Position numbers and translations under genes: made by a program. DNA of 28,124 nt from Pseudonocardiaceae bacterium. GTDB lineage: Bacteria; Actinomycetota; Actinomycetes; Mycobacteriales; Pseudonocardiaceae. The stretch lies in NCBI GenBank assembly GCA_035712045.1, contig DASTBN010000213.1:1-28124 (forward strand), read 5' to 3'. This document shows positions 9,332 through 18,383 of this stretch, piece by piece (positions within the stretch are counted from its first letter, which is position 1; every line of letters starts with the position of its first letter). The notes under the pieces were generated by a model. The model was given only the letters and a program-made list of their open reading frames with translations, ran no database searches and was not told where the DNA came from.

Positions 9332-9357
9332 GGTTTCTGCAACGTGCGTTGTGGGTA
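9332..9357 (+). promoter_or_regulatory. SigF/SigB-type promoter (GGTTT-N16-GGGTA)
   Basis: GGTTT at 9332-9336 and GGGTA at 9353-9357, ending 10 nt before the GTG at 9368. This matches the actinobacterial SigF-type consensus. Confidence 0.6.
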
Positions 9358-9367
9358 GAGACAGCTC

Positions 9368-10002
9368 GTGTTTTTGGTGCGGCCACCGGGGGTGTATCGG
9401 GTCGGTAGTGATACCTCCTTGTTGGTTGATGTCCTGCGGGAAGGTGGTTACGCGGTGGGGCGGCGCGTGCTGGATCTGGGAACCGGCACCGGTGCGGTGC
9501 CGCCTCGGTCACCGCGGTGGATCTGTCGCTGCGGTCAGTCGTGGCCGCCTGGCTTAACAGTCGCTTGCGGGGGTTTCGTGCCGGATGTACTGGGGTGATC
9601 TGTGTGGGCCCGGGGCGGGTCAAAGCTTTGATTTGATTGTGGCTAATCCGCCTTATGCTCCGGCTGCCAGCAATGTCTTGTCCCGGCATCGGATGAGCCG
9701 ATGCCGGGATGCTGGCTGGCCTAGATGGGCGGATGCTGCTGGATCGCGTCTGTGCGGAAGGGCCTGCTTTGCTTTCCCCGGAGGGGATGATGTTGCTGGT
9801 GCATTCCGCGGTCTGTGATGAGGACATCACCGGCAAGCGCTTCGCGGGCACGGGCCTGCGGGCTGAGGTACTGACCCGCCGCAGGGTGGCTTTCGGGCCG
9901 GTGATGCGCGCCCGGGCCACCATGCCGCAAGCCTGCGGATTGATCGAATCCGGGCAGCGGGAGGAGCAGCTGGTGGTCATCGGGGCCCGCCGTGTGCCCT
10001 GA
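9368..10002 (+). pseudogene. HemK2/MTQ2-family SAM methyltransferase, multiply frameshifted
   Basis: PPGVY...DTSLL, VLDLGTGTG, DLIVANPPY and GRMLLDRVC...MLLVHS lie in different frames (ORFs 9368, 9585, 9709). Confidence 0.85.
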
Positions 10003-10172
10003 GCCATGGCGGCGCCGGGTCAGCCTGACCGAGGAGGGACCGGGGTTAGTGCAGGGTCCGAGCGAGGTTGTCCTGCCTGATGGCCGCAGCTCTGATCGGG
10101 CGGTGAGCGCGCTGTGCACATGCCGCCGCAGCCGCCGTTACCCGTTTTGCGACACCAGACAACGTCGGCGGC
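9992..10172 (+). pseudogene. CDGSH iron-sulfur domain protein, degenerate
   Basis: GPGLVQGP...ALCTCRRSRRYPFCDT motif. The terminal His ligand reads Gln (DTRQ) and the 3' end is joined to the next gene remnant. Confidence 0.75.
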
Positions 10173-10340
10173 GAGCCGGAGCTGGCCGTTGATGTGGTTT
10201 TCGGTATCCAAGTCAGCACCCTGCTGGCCGAGCGGCTTTCCGAGCTGCTGCGGCACTGGGCCCAGAACGAGCCCACGCTGCGCCATCCCCTTCCCGACAC
10301 CCCGCTGGTACACCGACTGCGGAACGTGATCTGGGGGTGA
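10173..10340 (+). pseudogene. C-terminal remnant of an iron-containing redox enzyme family (heme-oxygenase-like) protein
   Basis: An unlisted frame reads EPELAVDVVFGIQVSTLLAERLSELLRHWAQNEPTLRHPL...*. This family normally follows HemK2 and CDGSH genes in actinobacteria. Confidence 0.65.
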
Positions 10341-10430
10341 CGGTCCGGACTGGATCGGGCACCGCTCGCACCGCGTCGCCGTGAGCACCGCCCGGTTCAC
10401 ACCTCCGTGCAGGGGGACTGCATTGAAAGG

Positions 10431-11632
10431 ATGGTCGAGATGGTTGAGCAGCTGATCGCCAAACGGGTTTTGGCGGTGCAGCGGATCCTGCATCCCTTCT
10501 TCGAAACGGTGCTGCGCCCCCCGATCCAGGGCGGGCAGACAATGATCGCCAATTTCCTGACCGGTGATCCGCAGGAGCTGCCCCCGTCCGGGTTCGTCGA
10601 GACGCTGCGGCGATACAGCGTTCCCACCTCCAGCGACTGGTTGCCTACCGTTTCCAGCACGAGCCCGCCCGTCGGGCAGCCGCAGTCTCGCTGGGTGCTG
10701 AGCTGGGCGCGGACTTCACCGCCGAGGACATATTCCTGACTCGCGGTGCTGGTGGGGCGATTGCGCTGGCCTTGCACACCGTGGTCGATCCGGGTGATGA
10801 GGTCGTCTTCTTGAGCCCGCCGTGGTTTTACTATGAAGCAATGATCCTCGCCAGCGGCGCCACGCCGGTTCGGGTCCGGCTCGAACCTCCGGCCTTTGAT
10901 CTGGACATCGAGGCCATTGTCGCGGCGCTGGGACCACGCACCCGAGCCGTGCTGATCAATACTCCGCACAACCCGAGCGGGCGGATCTACCCGGCAGCTG
11001 CCCTGCGGAGATTGGCCGAAGGCCTGGCCGAAACGGCGGGCCGCTATGGCCGGCCGATTTGGGTGATTTCCGACGAAGCGTACAGCCGGATCCTGTTCGA
11101 CAATAACCGCTTCGTCAGCCCCGGCCTCTTCCACCCGTATTCGATTCTCGTCCATACCTACACCAAAAGCGCGCTGGCACCGGGGCAACGGCTAGGCTAC
11201 CTCGCTTTGGCGCCCGGCCTACCACGGGCCGAGGCCATGCGCACAGCCCTATTCCATGCCCTGTTCTCCTCTGGGCTGGTGATGCCCGACGCGGTCATGC
11301 AGTACGCCCTGCCCGACATCGATGGCCTTCTCGTCGACATCGCCACGATCCAACGCCGCCGCGACCGCATGGTGGCAGTATTGCGGGAACAGGGTTACCA
11401 GCTTCACATCCCGCAGGCGACCTTCTACCTCCTGCCCCAGGCCCCCATAGCCGATGACCACGCCTTCTGCGCATTCCTGGCCGAGCAAGGAATTGCCGTG
11501 CTCCCCGGCCAGGTCATCGAGCTACCCGGCTACTTCCGCATCTCCTTAACGGCCACCGACGAAATGGTGGAACAGTCACTTCCCATTTTTGCTGAGGCCA
11601 TCGAACATGCCCGGTCTCGCTGGCCTGCGTGA
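10431..11632 (+). pseudogene. PLP-dependent aminotransferase class I/II with one frameshift
   Basis: Start at ATG 10431 after GAAAGG. A single missing T near 10641 (gactgg-tt-gcc, expected DWFAY) joins ORF 10407 to ORF 10772. Motifs INTPHNPSG, SDEAY and TYTKS...GQRLGY are present. The frameshift could be a sequencing error. Confidence 0.85.
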
Positions 11633-12291
11633 TGGCCGATGCGTCATCGGATAGCAACACACGTAGACCGTCCCGTACGGGCGGGCGCATCGAGATCATG
11701 TGAGAGATCAACTCCGTAGACTCCTCGACGTAGTCCAGGATCTCCATCGTGATCAAGATGGTGGTAGCGGAGTGGAAGGCCGCCGACACCGGGACCTTCG
11801 GGGGAGTGCCAGCTGCCCTGAGACATCCTGGTTGGGCCCGTGGCGGATCGTCCATCAGCTCGCCGGGTTCTTCTCAAAGACATATTGTGGCCGTTGTGGA
11901 GGTCGGCTGCGCCGCTCCTCGTGCCGCCCTGAGCCTCGGTCATGGGAACACTCCAGCATCCGAAGCCCTTCTATAGATATGAGAAATCGACTATAGAGAC
12001 TGGTGTGTGATGGTGCGGAGAGATCTTGTCGTCGTGAGAGCAGCACTGGACGAGCTGTTCCGGTTGGCCGCCATCCCGGTGAGCGGGCAACCAAGCGCGG
12101 TACCCGGGACGAGATCATCTGCGCGCTCAGGGTGATGTTGATGGACGGGAACCATCCTCGACGCCCGCTTCCGACCCGGCGGGCAGTCCGGTCGCTTCTG
12201 ATTCCCGGCCCGGGAATCAGTGCCGGTGTGGCCGACGATGCCGGTGGCACCAGATCTTCAGCACGGAACGCGCGACCCCGTGCGAGGCCAT

Positions 12292-12341
12292 CAGGTACTG
12301 AGGCGGAGACTGAAACCAGGTACTGAGACGGAGACTGAAAC
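12292..12341 (+). repeat. 25-bp tandem duplication
   Basis: caggtactgaggcggagactgaaac / caggtactgagacggagactgaaac (1 mismatch), ending immediately before the GTG at 12342. Confidence 0.9.
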
Positions 12342-13625
12342 GTGGACAAGGCGTCTGTCATCCGACGGTCTGTTGCCGGCGCCGGTCTGGGTCTGACCGG
12401 GATCTACGCCTACAACGTGGCCCGATACCGGCGCGCCGCAGGCCAGGGATTCGATCTTCCCCACCCGCCCGCAGTGGGCAGTAACGAGTTCGCGCACCTG
12501 ATCGAGGCGCTGGCCCAAGCGCCCCGCCGGGACGGCAACCGAATCATGATCCTACGCAACGGCTGTGAAATCTTCCCCGCCATGCTGGAGGCCATTAGCT
12601 CCGCCCGGAAGTGCATCGACTTTTCCACCTACATCTACTGGACGGGAAACATCGCCCCGCGGTTCGCCGACGCTTTGGCCACCCGGGCCGCTGAGGGCGT
12701 CGAGGTGAACGTGCTTCTCGATGCGCAGGGCAGCGCCAAGATGGACCGCGGCCTCATCGAACACATGCGCGGCGCCGGAGCGACCGTTATCTGGTTTCGT
12801 CCACCCCATTGGTATAATGTGCAAAAATTCAACAAGCGCATGCACCGACGGATTCTGGTTATCGATGGCAGAATCGGCTTCATGGGTGGCGTCGGGATCG
12901 CTGAGCAGTGGGACGGAAACGCCGAGGACCCCGAACACGAGCGGGAAACCCACCTTCGCCTTGAAGGTCCAGCTGTCCGGGACCTGCAGGGTGGTTTCCT
13001 CGAGAACTGGACGGAGGGGACCTCCTCACTGCTCTCCGCCGCGCATTTCCCCGACCTCCACGTGTTTGACGATGGGATCCCGGCCCAGGTGGCCCGGACC
13101 GTGTCCACCGGCGGGACCAGGGGGCTGGAGGAGATGCTCTGGGCCGCTGTGGCCGGGTCCAAGGAACGCCTTTGGGTGACCACGGCCTTCTTCGCCCCGC
13201 GACGCGCTTTCATCGACGCGCTGTGTGACGCCGCGAGCCGGGGAGTCGACGTCCGCATCCTCACCGGGGGCCCCCACCAGGACAAGCAGATCGCCCGCGA
13301 GGCAGGTCACCGTTCCTACGAGAAATTGCTCAAAGCCGGCGTGCGGATCTTCGAGTACCAACAAGCCAAGCTCCACGCTAAGGTAATCACGATCGATGGC
13401 ATCTGGGCAAACATCGGCTCCAGCAACTTCGAGAACCGCTCCCTCGCACTCAACGACGAAATCAACCTCTCTCTCCAGCACACCAACGTGGTGGCCGAAC
13501 TCGAACAACACTTTCGCGAGGACCTGGAAGTCTCACAAGAGCTGAACTTGGAAAGCTGGAAGCGTCGGCCACCAGCAAAGCGAGCTCGGGAATACGCGAC
13601 CGAGCTGATCCGCCAGTCACTATAG
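12342..13625 (+). CDS. Cardiolipin synthase-like phospholipase D (ClsB-type)
   Basis: Two PLD motifs (HRRILVIDG...GG and HAKVITIDG...IGSSN), LRNGCEIFPAML, and a short N-terminal hydrophobic anchor. Confidence 0.9.
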   Translation: MDKASVIRRSVAGAGLGLTGIYAYNVARYRRAAGQGFDLPHPPAVGSNEFAHLIEALAQAPRRDGNRIMILRNGCEIFPAMLEAISSARKCIDFSTYIYWTGNIAPRFADALATRAAEGVEVNVLLDAQGSAKMDRGLIEHMRGAGATVIWFRPPHWYNVQKFNKRMHRRILVIDGRIGFMGGVGIAEQWDGNAEDPEHERETHLRLEGPAVRDLQGGFLENWTEGTSSLLSAAHFPDLHVFDDGIPAQVARTVSTGGTRGLEEMLWAAVAGSKERLWVTTAFFAPRRAFIDALCDAASRGVDVRILTGGPHQDKQIAREAGHRSYEKLLKAGVRIFEYQQAKLHAKVITIDGIWANIGSSNFENRSLALNDEINLSLQHTNVVAELEQHFREDLEVSQELNLESWKRRPPAKRAREYATELIRQSL

Positions 13626-14419
13626 CGTCAACATCCCGGTGCTCCGGAGCGCTTGGCGTGATGGCTCGGTGTGTCCGCTGTGCGTGAGCGGTGCTCGCCT
13701 CAGCAGTCAAAGGCGTAGCTCGTCAGCGCACCGCCTGACTGAATCGCCCGGTGCCGGGGACGACTCGCATACCGGGTTCGTGAGCGCGACCGGGGAACCC
13801 ATCAGTGGAAACATCGACGGGTGCCCGGGCCAACCTCACCAGTTTTGCCCGAAAGCCTCGCTCGCGGAGCCGTATGGCACCCCGTGCTGGAAGCACGGCC
13901 GTGACTATGACCGCACGACTAGAGGAGTTCCTCGGCCAGGTCAACAACCGCGTGGCAGAGTCCGCCGTAGTGGGATTGGGCCGCACAGGGTGCACTGGGC
14001 CTGGTGCTAGAGGTCGCACGTGGAGGATTAGTCGGCCGTATCCATCAGTCCTTTATTGATCGAGAAAGCGAGCATTCAGCGACGCGGAAGCCCAATTCAC
14101 GGTCGCCGAAACCCTCCTCTTTAACTGCGTCACGAACGGATCTGAGGTTTCGAAGGAAACTCGAGGGCTGGTCATAGCGCACCCTCGACCCCATGCATGA
14201 GCCTGTGGTTTGTTTGCATGGTCATCGGTGTTGGATACGGAGTAGAGCGCACCCGGCGGGAAAGACCTACTATCGCGGCCTTGATGGCTGTGGCTTTTGG
14301 TCATGCGGGTGTCCCAGATGGCGCGCCTTTGCGGGAATCTCTAGGAGTTCGCGCGCCCTGCCTGACCGCCCTTTATGGTGGGGGTCGCTCAGCAGGTGGT
14401 GGTGTAGCGGCAGGCGACC

Positions 14420-14739
14420 ACTGTGGCTTCGGTTCCCTGGTGTGGGTCTACGCGGGTGAAAGCTTCCCCGCTCACCTGCGCTCGCTGGGGTCCAGCGCGA
14501 TGCTCACCTCCGACCTCGTCGCCAGCGTCATCGTCGCGGCATTTTTCCTGACGTTGCTGCGGCAGCTCAGCGGCACCGGGATCTTCGCGATTTTCGGTGC
14601 GCTGGCTGTGGCCGGGTTCGTGTTCGTGTACCGGCTCGCTCCCGAGACCAAAGGCCGGCGTCTGGAAGAAATCCACACCTACTGGGAAAACCGCGCTCAG
14701 TGGCCGCAGACGACCGATGACGCCAACAGAGCCGACTGA
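14420..14739 (+). pseudogene. C-terminal fragment of a sugar-porter MFS transporter
   Basis: GFGSLVWVYAGESFPAHLRS...PETKGRRLEEI are sugar porter TM10-12 motifs. The N-terminal three quarters are absent. Confidence 0.85.
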
Positions 14740-14769
14740 ACGGACACGGCAGGAGAGGCCCCCGGGGAT

Positions 14770-14805
14770 GAAGGGCTACGATACGTAGTAGCCGGTGTAG
14801 CCTTC
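14770..14805. terminator. Imperfect hairpin between convergent ORFs
   Basis: gaagggctac...gtagccttc arms lie between the MFS fragment and the small HTH ORF. There is no U-tract. Confidence 0.3.
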
Positions 14806-15096
14806 CTAAGATCCCCGGATGGATGGCGCGCGGCAGACACCAGCGGTGCGCAGGAGGCGTTTGACGCTACTGAGACTCACGCCGTGAGCCGTGGCGAGAA
14901 AGGCGGCGGTGGCGCTGTTGCGGTAGGCGGTGATCAGCTCGGTGATCTCGCGCTCATCGAGGCGCCCGCGCTGGCTCCACGGCCGCTTCGCGCTCAGTCC
15001 CGCGGCGCGCACGGGGCTGACAAATGCCATGGTGCAGCAAAAGCCGCAGGTCAGCGGCTTGCGTGGAGTGCGAGTAAGAGGTAAGTAGCTCCACAC
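14806..15096 (-). CDS. Small HTH-like protein of the repeated element (copy C, most complete)
   Basis: RLDEREITELITAYRNSATAAFLATAHGVSLSSVKRLLRTAGV has a helix-turn-helix pattern. Compared with copy B there is one extra base near 15040, so the N-terminal frame is probably shifted from the ancestral VELLTSYSHSTQAADL. Confidence 0.65.
   Translation of the reverse strand: MWSYLPLTRTPRKPLTCGFCCTMAFVSPVRAAGLSAKRPWSQRGRLDEREITELITAYRNSATAAFLATAHGVSLSSVKRLLRTAGVCRAPSIRGS
15049..15094 (-). repeat. 46-bp att-like core, copy C
   Basis: Matches 4510-4555 at 43 of 46 positions. A 10-bp direct repeat CGCAGGTCAG occurs at 15045-15054 (overlapping the left end) and 15116-15125. Confidence 0.9.
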
Positions 15097-15499
15097 CGTC
15101 GACTAGACTGATTAGCGCAGGTCAGTCGGCTTATTGGGGTCGGTCGGGCAGTTCTCATCAGTCTGTCGTTTCCGTTGGTGCTCCCTTCGATCTCGCCTGC
15201 TTTACTTCTGGTTGGTCACGTTTCGCGTGTTTTCTGGAGTGGTTCTCGCCTCTTCCATTGCTCTGATTACGCGTTCTCGCGGGTTGTGATCAAGGGGCGA
15301 GGGGTTCGTCGGGAGGTGTGCCCATGACGCGGCGCGCCTCCAGGCTCAGGAGCATGTCACCGTCAGCGACTGGAGGGGGCTGGATCACGACGCTCTCTGG
15401 GCCTAGGTAGATCAGGGGCGTCGGTGATCCCGGGTTTTCCCATCGGATGCCGACCTCCCAGTTCGGCCCGGGTGAGCCTGCTTACCGTCGGCTGGGCAT

Positions 15500-16060
15500 C
15501 CTCAGCCGGGCCTCCATGATCCTCAAGCTGCTGGACGACGCCCGTCCTGTGTTCAACCGGCGAGGTATCGGAAAATAGCCCGCGCGCTTCAGCGGCGCCG
15601 AAGGCTGGCGCATCGACCGGATCCGCGCCTACATCGACAACGGGCACACCTGGCTCGTCCACCAGCCACACCCCGGTGGCCACCTTCACCCCTCCGCTCC
15701 GCCGACCCTGACTACGCCGACGGCTGGCCCGATGGCCCCGACACCGGCCTCTACATCTACCGCATGGCGGTCTGCCGCACCCACGCCGGGCACGACCTCG
15801 GCGGCCACATCCTGGACTGGGCCAGCGCACGCGCCGCCGCACTCGGCTACCGCTGGCTACGCCTGGACTGCCACCGGGACAACTACGCACTCCAGGGCTA
15901 TTACAAGGCACGCGGCTTCGACCGGGTGGGCACGCTCGTGCGCACCATCGACGACCCCATATCCGGCGACACCAACGGCCGTTACACCCGCAAGTCAGGA
16001 GCCCTGTTCCAGCGACCAGCGGGCTCCATCCTCATCCCCCACCCGCACCGTGCGAAGGAA
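15500..16060 (+). pseudogene. GNAT-family N-acetyltransferase, with stop and frameshifts in the N-terminal half
   Basis: ILKLLDDAR...RRGIGK*PARF...RIRAYIDNGHTWLV, then LYIYRMAV...GHDLGGHILDWA...WLRLDC...ALQGYYKARGF (GNAT motifs A and B). Confidence 0.8.
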
Positions 16061-16066
16061 CCCGCC

Positions 16067-16291
16067 ATGACCCTCGACCGGTACGACCCCCACCACGAAG
16101 CCGCCATCTGGCAACAAGCATCCGACCTGGTCGCCAGCCTCAAGACCCACGACCAGCCACACGACCCCAACGCCTGGAACACCGCCCTCGATCAAGCCGC
16201 CAGGCTCCTCGAACGCAAAGCGCTAGAGACCCGCCAGCGCAACGGCATGTACTACCGGGTCCTCACAGACAACAACCGATCACGGCACTGA
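16067..16291 (+). CDS. Hypothetical protein, 74 aa
   Basis: ATG 16067 is preceded by AAGGAA and starts the helical sequence MTLDRYDPHHEAAIWQQA.... It is in frame with the GNAT relic, with no stop between them. Confidence 0.55.
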   Translation: MTLDRYDPHHEAAIWQQASDLVASLKTHDQPHDPNAWNTALDQAARLLERKALETRQRNGMYYRVLTDNNRSRH

Positions 16292-16646
16292 GCAGGTCTT
16301 CATCCCCCACCTCAAGATCGCCAGGAGTCAGCACCGCGCCACACCGGGCGGCGAGCACACCCACCGGCCCGCCGGCGGGCACCCTCACCGCGTGCACAGT
16401 GCGTCTCGTCTCACCCACGACCCCAGCGCGGTAACGAACCAGCAGCACCAACCCGGCAAGCCCGGCCCGGTCCAGGTGGGCGTCACTCACCAGCATCCCT
16501 CCCGCCGGTCGTGGCCGATCCTCTCGAGCCCTGGCCAGAGCGCGGCCGCGAGCCGCTTGTACCGATCGTGCCCGCTGGACGTCAGGCTCATCCGCTGCAA
16601 TCCCGTCAGGTCCCGCTGCTCGGCGCCCTTGATATCGGGTGGTCAA
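16263..16646 (-). pseudogene. Truncated conserved actinobacterial hypothetical protein
   Basis: LVLLVRYRAGVVGETRRTVHAV...AARCGAVL resembles a small Cys-containing family I recall near XRE regulators. The expected C-terminal Cys pair appears lost. Confidence 0.4.
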
Positions 16647-16904
16647 GCTATGCCAGGAGTGGTCGGGCTATGCCGGTGTCGATGAGGTGGCACGAAGATC
16701 CCCCTTTGATGGAGATACACCCGACCAGATTCGTCTCGTAGCCCGTGTCTGTCCGAGTCCGTCCCGCTTGCCCGGGAGGGCCTGGATGCGTCAGGCTGGT
16801 GGCACTGAGGGCGTCCTCGTGATACGGGCTGCCGTATACTGTTCCTTGGCGAATGGCTATACGGTGCCCCGGTCGCTCGGGTTGCCGGGTGAGGTCGCCG
16901 CGCA

Positions 16905-17636
16905 ATGTCACGACCGGTACCCGCCGGGGTGGGTTCTGCCCTCTCGGAGTTGGCGGCTTTGTTGTTGTCCACCGACTCCTTCGAGGAGTTGCTGCAGGGA
17001 GTGGCTGAGCTCTCGGTGCGGGCGATCGAGCCGGTGGCGACGTGTGGGATCACCCTGGCTCAGAACGATCGGGTGATCACAGCCGCCTCGTCCGATGCGC
17101 TGGCTCGTCAACTCGACGAGCAGCAGTACGAACACGATACGGGTCCGTGTTTGCAATCCTTGACCAGCGGGGAGGTGGTGGAGTCGGTGGACCTGGCTGC
17201 GGAGAACCGCTGGGGCCCCTATCCGGCCCTCGCGATGGCGCACGGGGTCCTGGCGATTTTGTCCACCCCATTGATCGTGGACGGTAAACCGGCCGGCGTG
17301 CTCAACCTCTACGCCTGCACCCCGCAGGCCTTCCGCGCCCTGGATCGGCAGCTGGCCGAGCTGCTGGCCGGTCAAGCCACGATCGCGATCACCGCTGCGT
17401 TGCGGCACTACGATGAGGTCACGCTCTCGGATCATCTGCGCATCGCGTTGTCGTCCCGCTCGGTCATCGATCAGGCGATCGGGATCGTGATGGCTCAGCA
17501 ACGCTGCGACCCCGACGAGGCCTTCGCGACCTTGCGGACAATCTCGCAGCGGCGCAACATCAAACTCCGCGACATCGCCGCTGAGCTGGTCGAGGCCACC
17601 CGCCGCCCCGCCCAGGTCAACCCGCCACCAGCCTGA
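16905..17636 (+). CDS. GAF and ANTAR domain-containing protein
   Basis: GAF region (LDEQQYEHDTGPCL, GVLNLY) and ANTAR motif SRSVIDQAIGIVMAQ...AFATLRTISQRRNIKLRDIA. Confidence 0.93.
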   Translation: MSRPVPAGVGSALSELAALLLSTDSFEELLQGVAELSVRAIEPVATCGITLAQNDRVITAASSDALARQLDEQQYEHDTGPCLQSLTSGEVVESVDLAAENRWGPYPALAMAHGVLAILSTPLIVDGKPAGVLNLYACTPQAFRALDRQLAELLAGQATIAITAALRHYDEVTLSDHLRIALSSRSVIDQAIGIVMAQQRCDPDEAFATLRTISQRRNIKLRDIAAELVEATRRPAQVNPPPA

Positions 17637-17887
17637 CGGGTGCCGCGAACGCTCCGCTTTCCACCAGCACCGTGTCCGTGACGAACCTACCGCCGCTCTG
17701 GCCGCAGTACCGTGCCAGGCGCGTAGTGCTTTGGGGTCATGACCTCATCGTATGGTTGCCGCTCTTGGCGCGGCTGCCTTATTCTCGTGGCCAGGTTGGA
17801 TCACTAGCCGCTTCTGGCGCATGCCTGCGGGGTGGTCCAGCTCAGACCCCCCCGGTGGCACGGATACACGTGACGGGGGTGTCGACA

Positions 17888-18364
17888 ATGGGCGAGGTTA
17901 TGGGAACCGGTTCAGGCCGGGTCGGCCTAACGGAGTTCGCGGTAGAAGTCAGCTCCGATGCCGAGCGCACTCGGGTGACTCTGAGCGGAGAGCTCGACCT
18001 GGCCAGCGCCCCCTGGCTGCAGCAGGTACTCGATCAGCTCTGCCGGGAGGACCACCGGGAAATCGTGCTCGACCTGTCCGGGCTGGAGTTCCTGAGCGCC
18101 GTCGGGTTGACGGTGTTCCTCCGCGCTGATGACCAACTCCGCGCCGAGGGTGGTCGACTGATCCTCACTCACCCCGGGCGTCGGGTCCGCCGGGTGCTGG
18201 CCATCACCGAACTGGACACCGTGCTGACCATCCAGGAGGAGGCCGCGCGAGACCTCGACCACGCGAGCATCAATAGCTGTTCTCGCCCACGGACACCGCC
18301 AACCAACACACACCGGCAATGGCGAACCAGCGTGTCAATCACGCACCGGGCGCTCACGCCATAA
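17888..18364 (+). CDS. STAS-domain anti-sigma-factor antagonist
   Basis: VTLSGELDLASA...IVLDLSGLEFLSAVGLTVF...RVLAITEL. Start moved to ATG 17888. Confidence 0.9.
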   Translation: MGEVMGTGSGRVGLTEFAVEVSSDAERTRVTLSGELDLASAPWLQQVLDQLCREDHREIVLDLSGLEFLSAVGLTVFLRADDQLRAEGGRLILTHPGRRVRRVLAITELDTVLTIQEEAARDLDHASINSCSRPRTPPTNTHRQWRTSVSITHRALTP

Positions 18365-18383
18365 CGACCGCCTGGCCACCAGG

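Noticed and set aside
9177-10007. 276-aa minus-strand ORF
   Set aside because: Pro/Arg-rich shadow opposite the HemK2 pseudogene, with no motif.
10397-11188. 263-aa minus-strand ORF
   Set aside because: Antisense to the aminotransferase.
11640-12290. Several short ORFs (11514-11855, 11644-11943, 12003-12326); GTRDEIICALR faintly recalls a Rho N-terminal-like motif
   Set aside because: No convincing family motif or consistent frame; left unannotated.
13640-14190. Short ORFs including MTARLEEFLGQVNNRV (weak DUF2267-like start)
   Set aside because: The similarity is limited to a few residues and does not continue.
4510-15094. Repeated ~46-bp unit as a CRISPR array
   Set aside because: The copies are kilobases apart, with no regular spacers and no cas genes.
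15060-15100. tRNA-Ala gene
   Set aside because: Only a distorted 3'-end-like segment is present; there is no D arm, anticodon arm or 5' acceptor strand.
15300-15420. DWRGLDHDALW peptide resembling a PPE-like N-terminus
   Set aside because: Too short and interrupted by stops to support a call.
17672-17887. N-terminal extension of the STAS ORF
   Set aside because: Not STAS-like; ATG 17888 gives a normal domain length.
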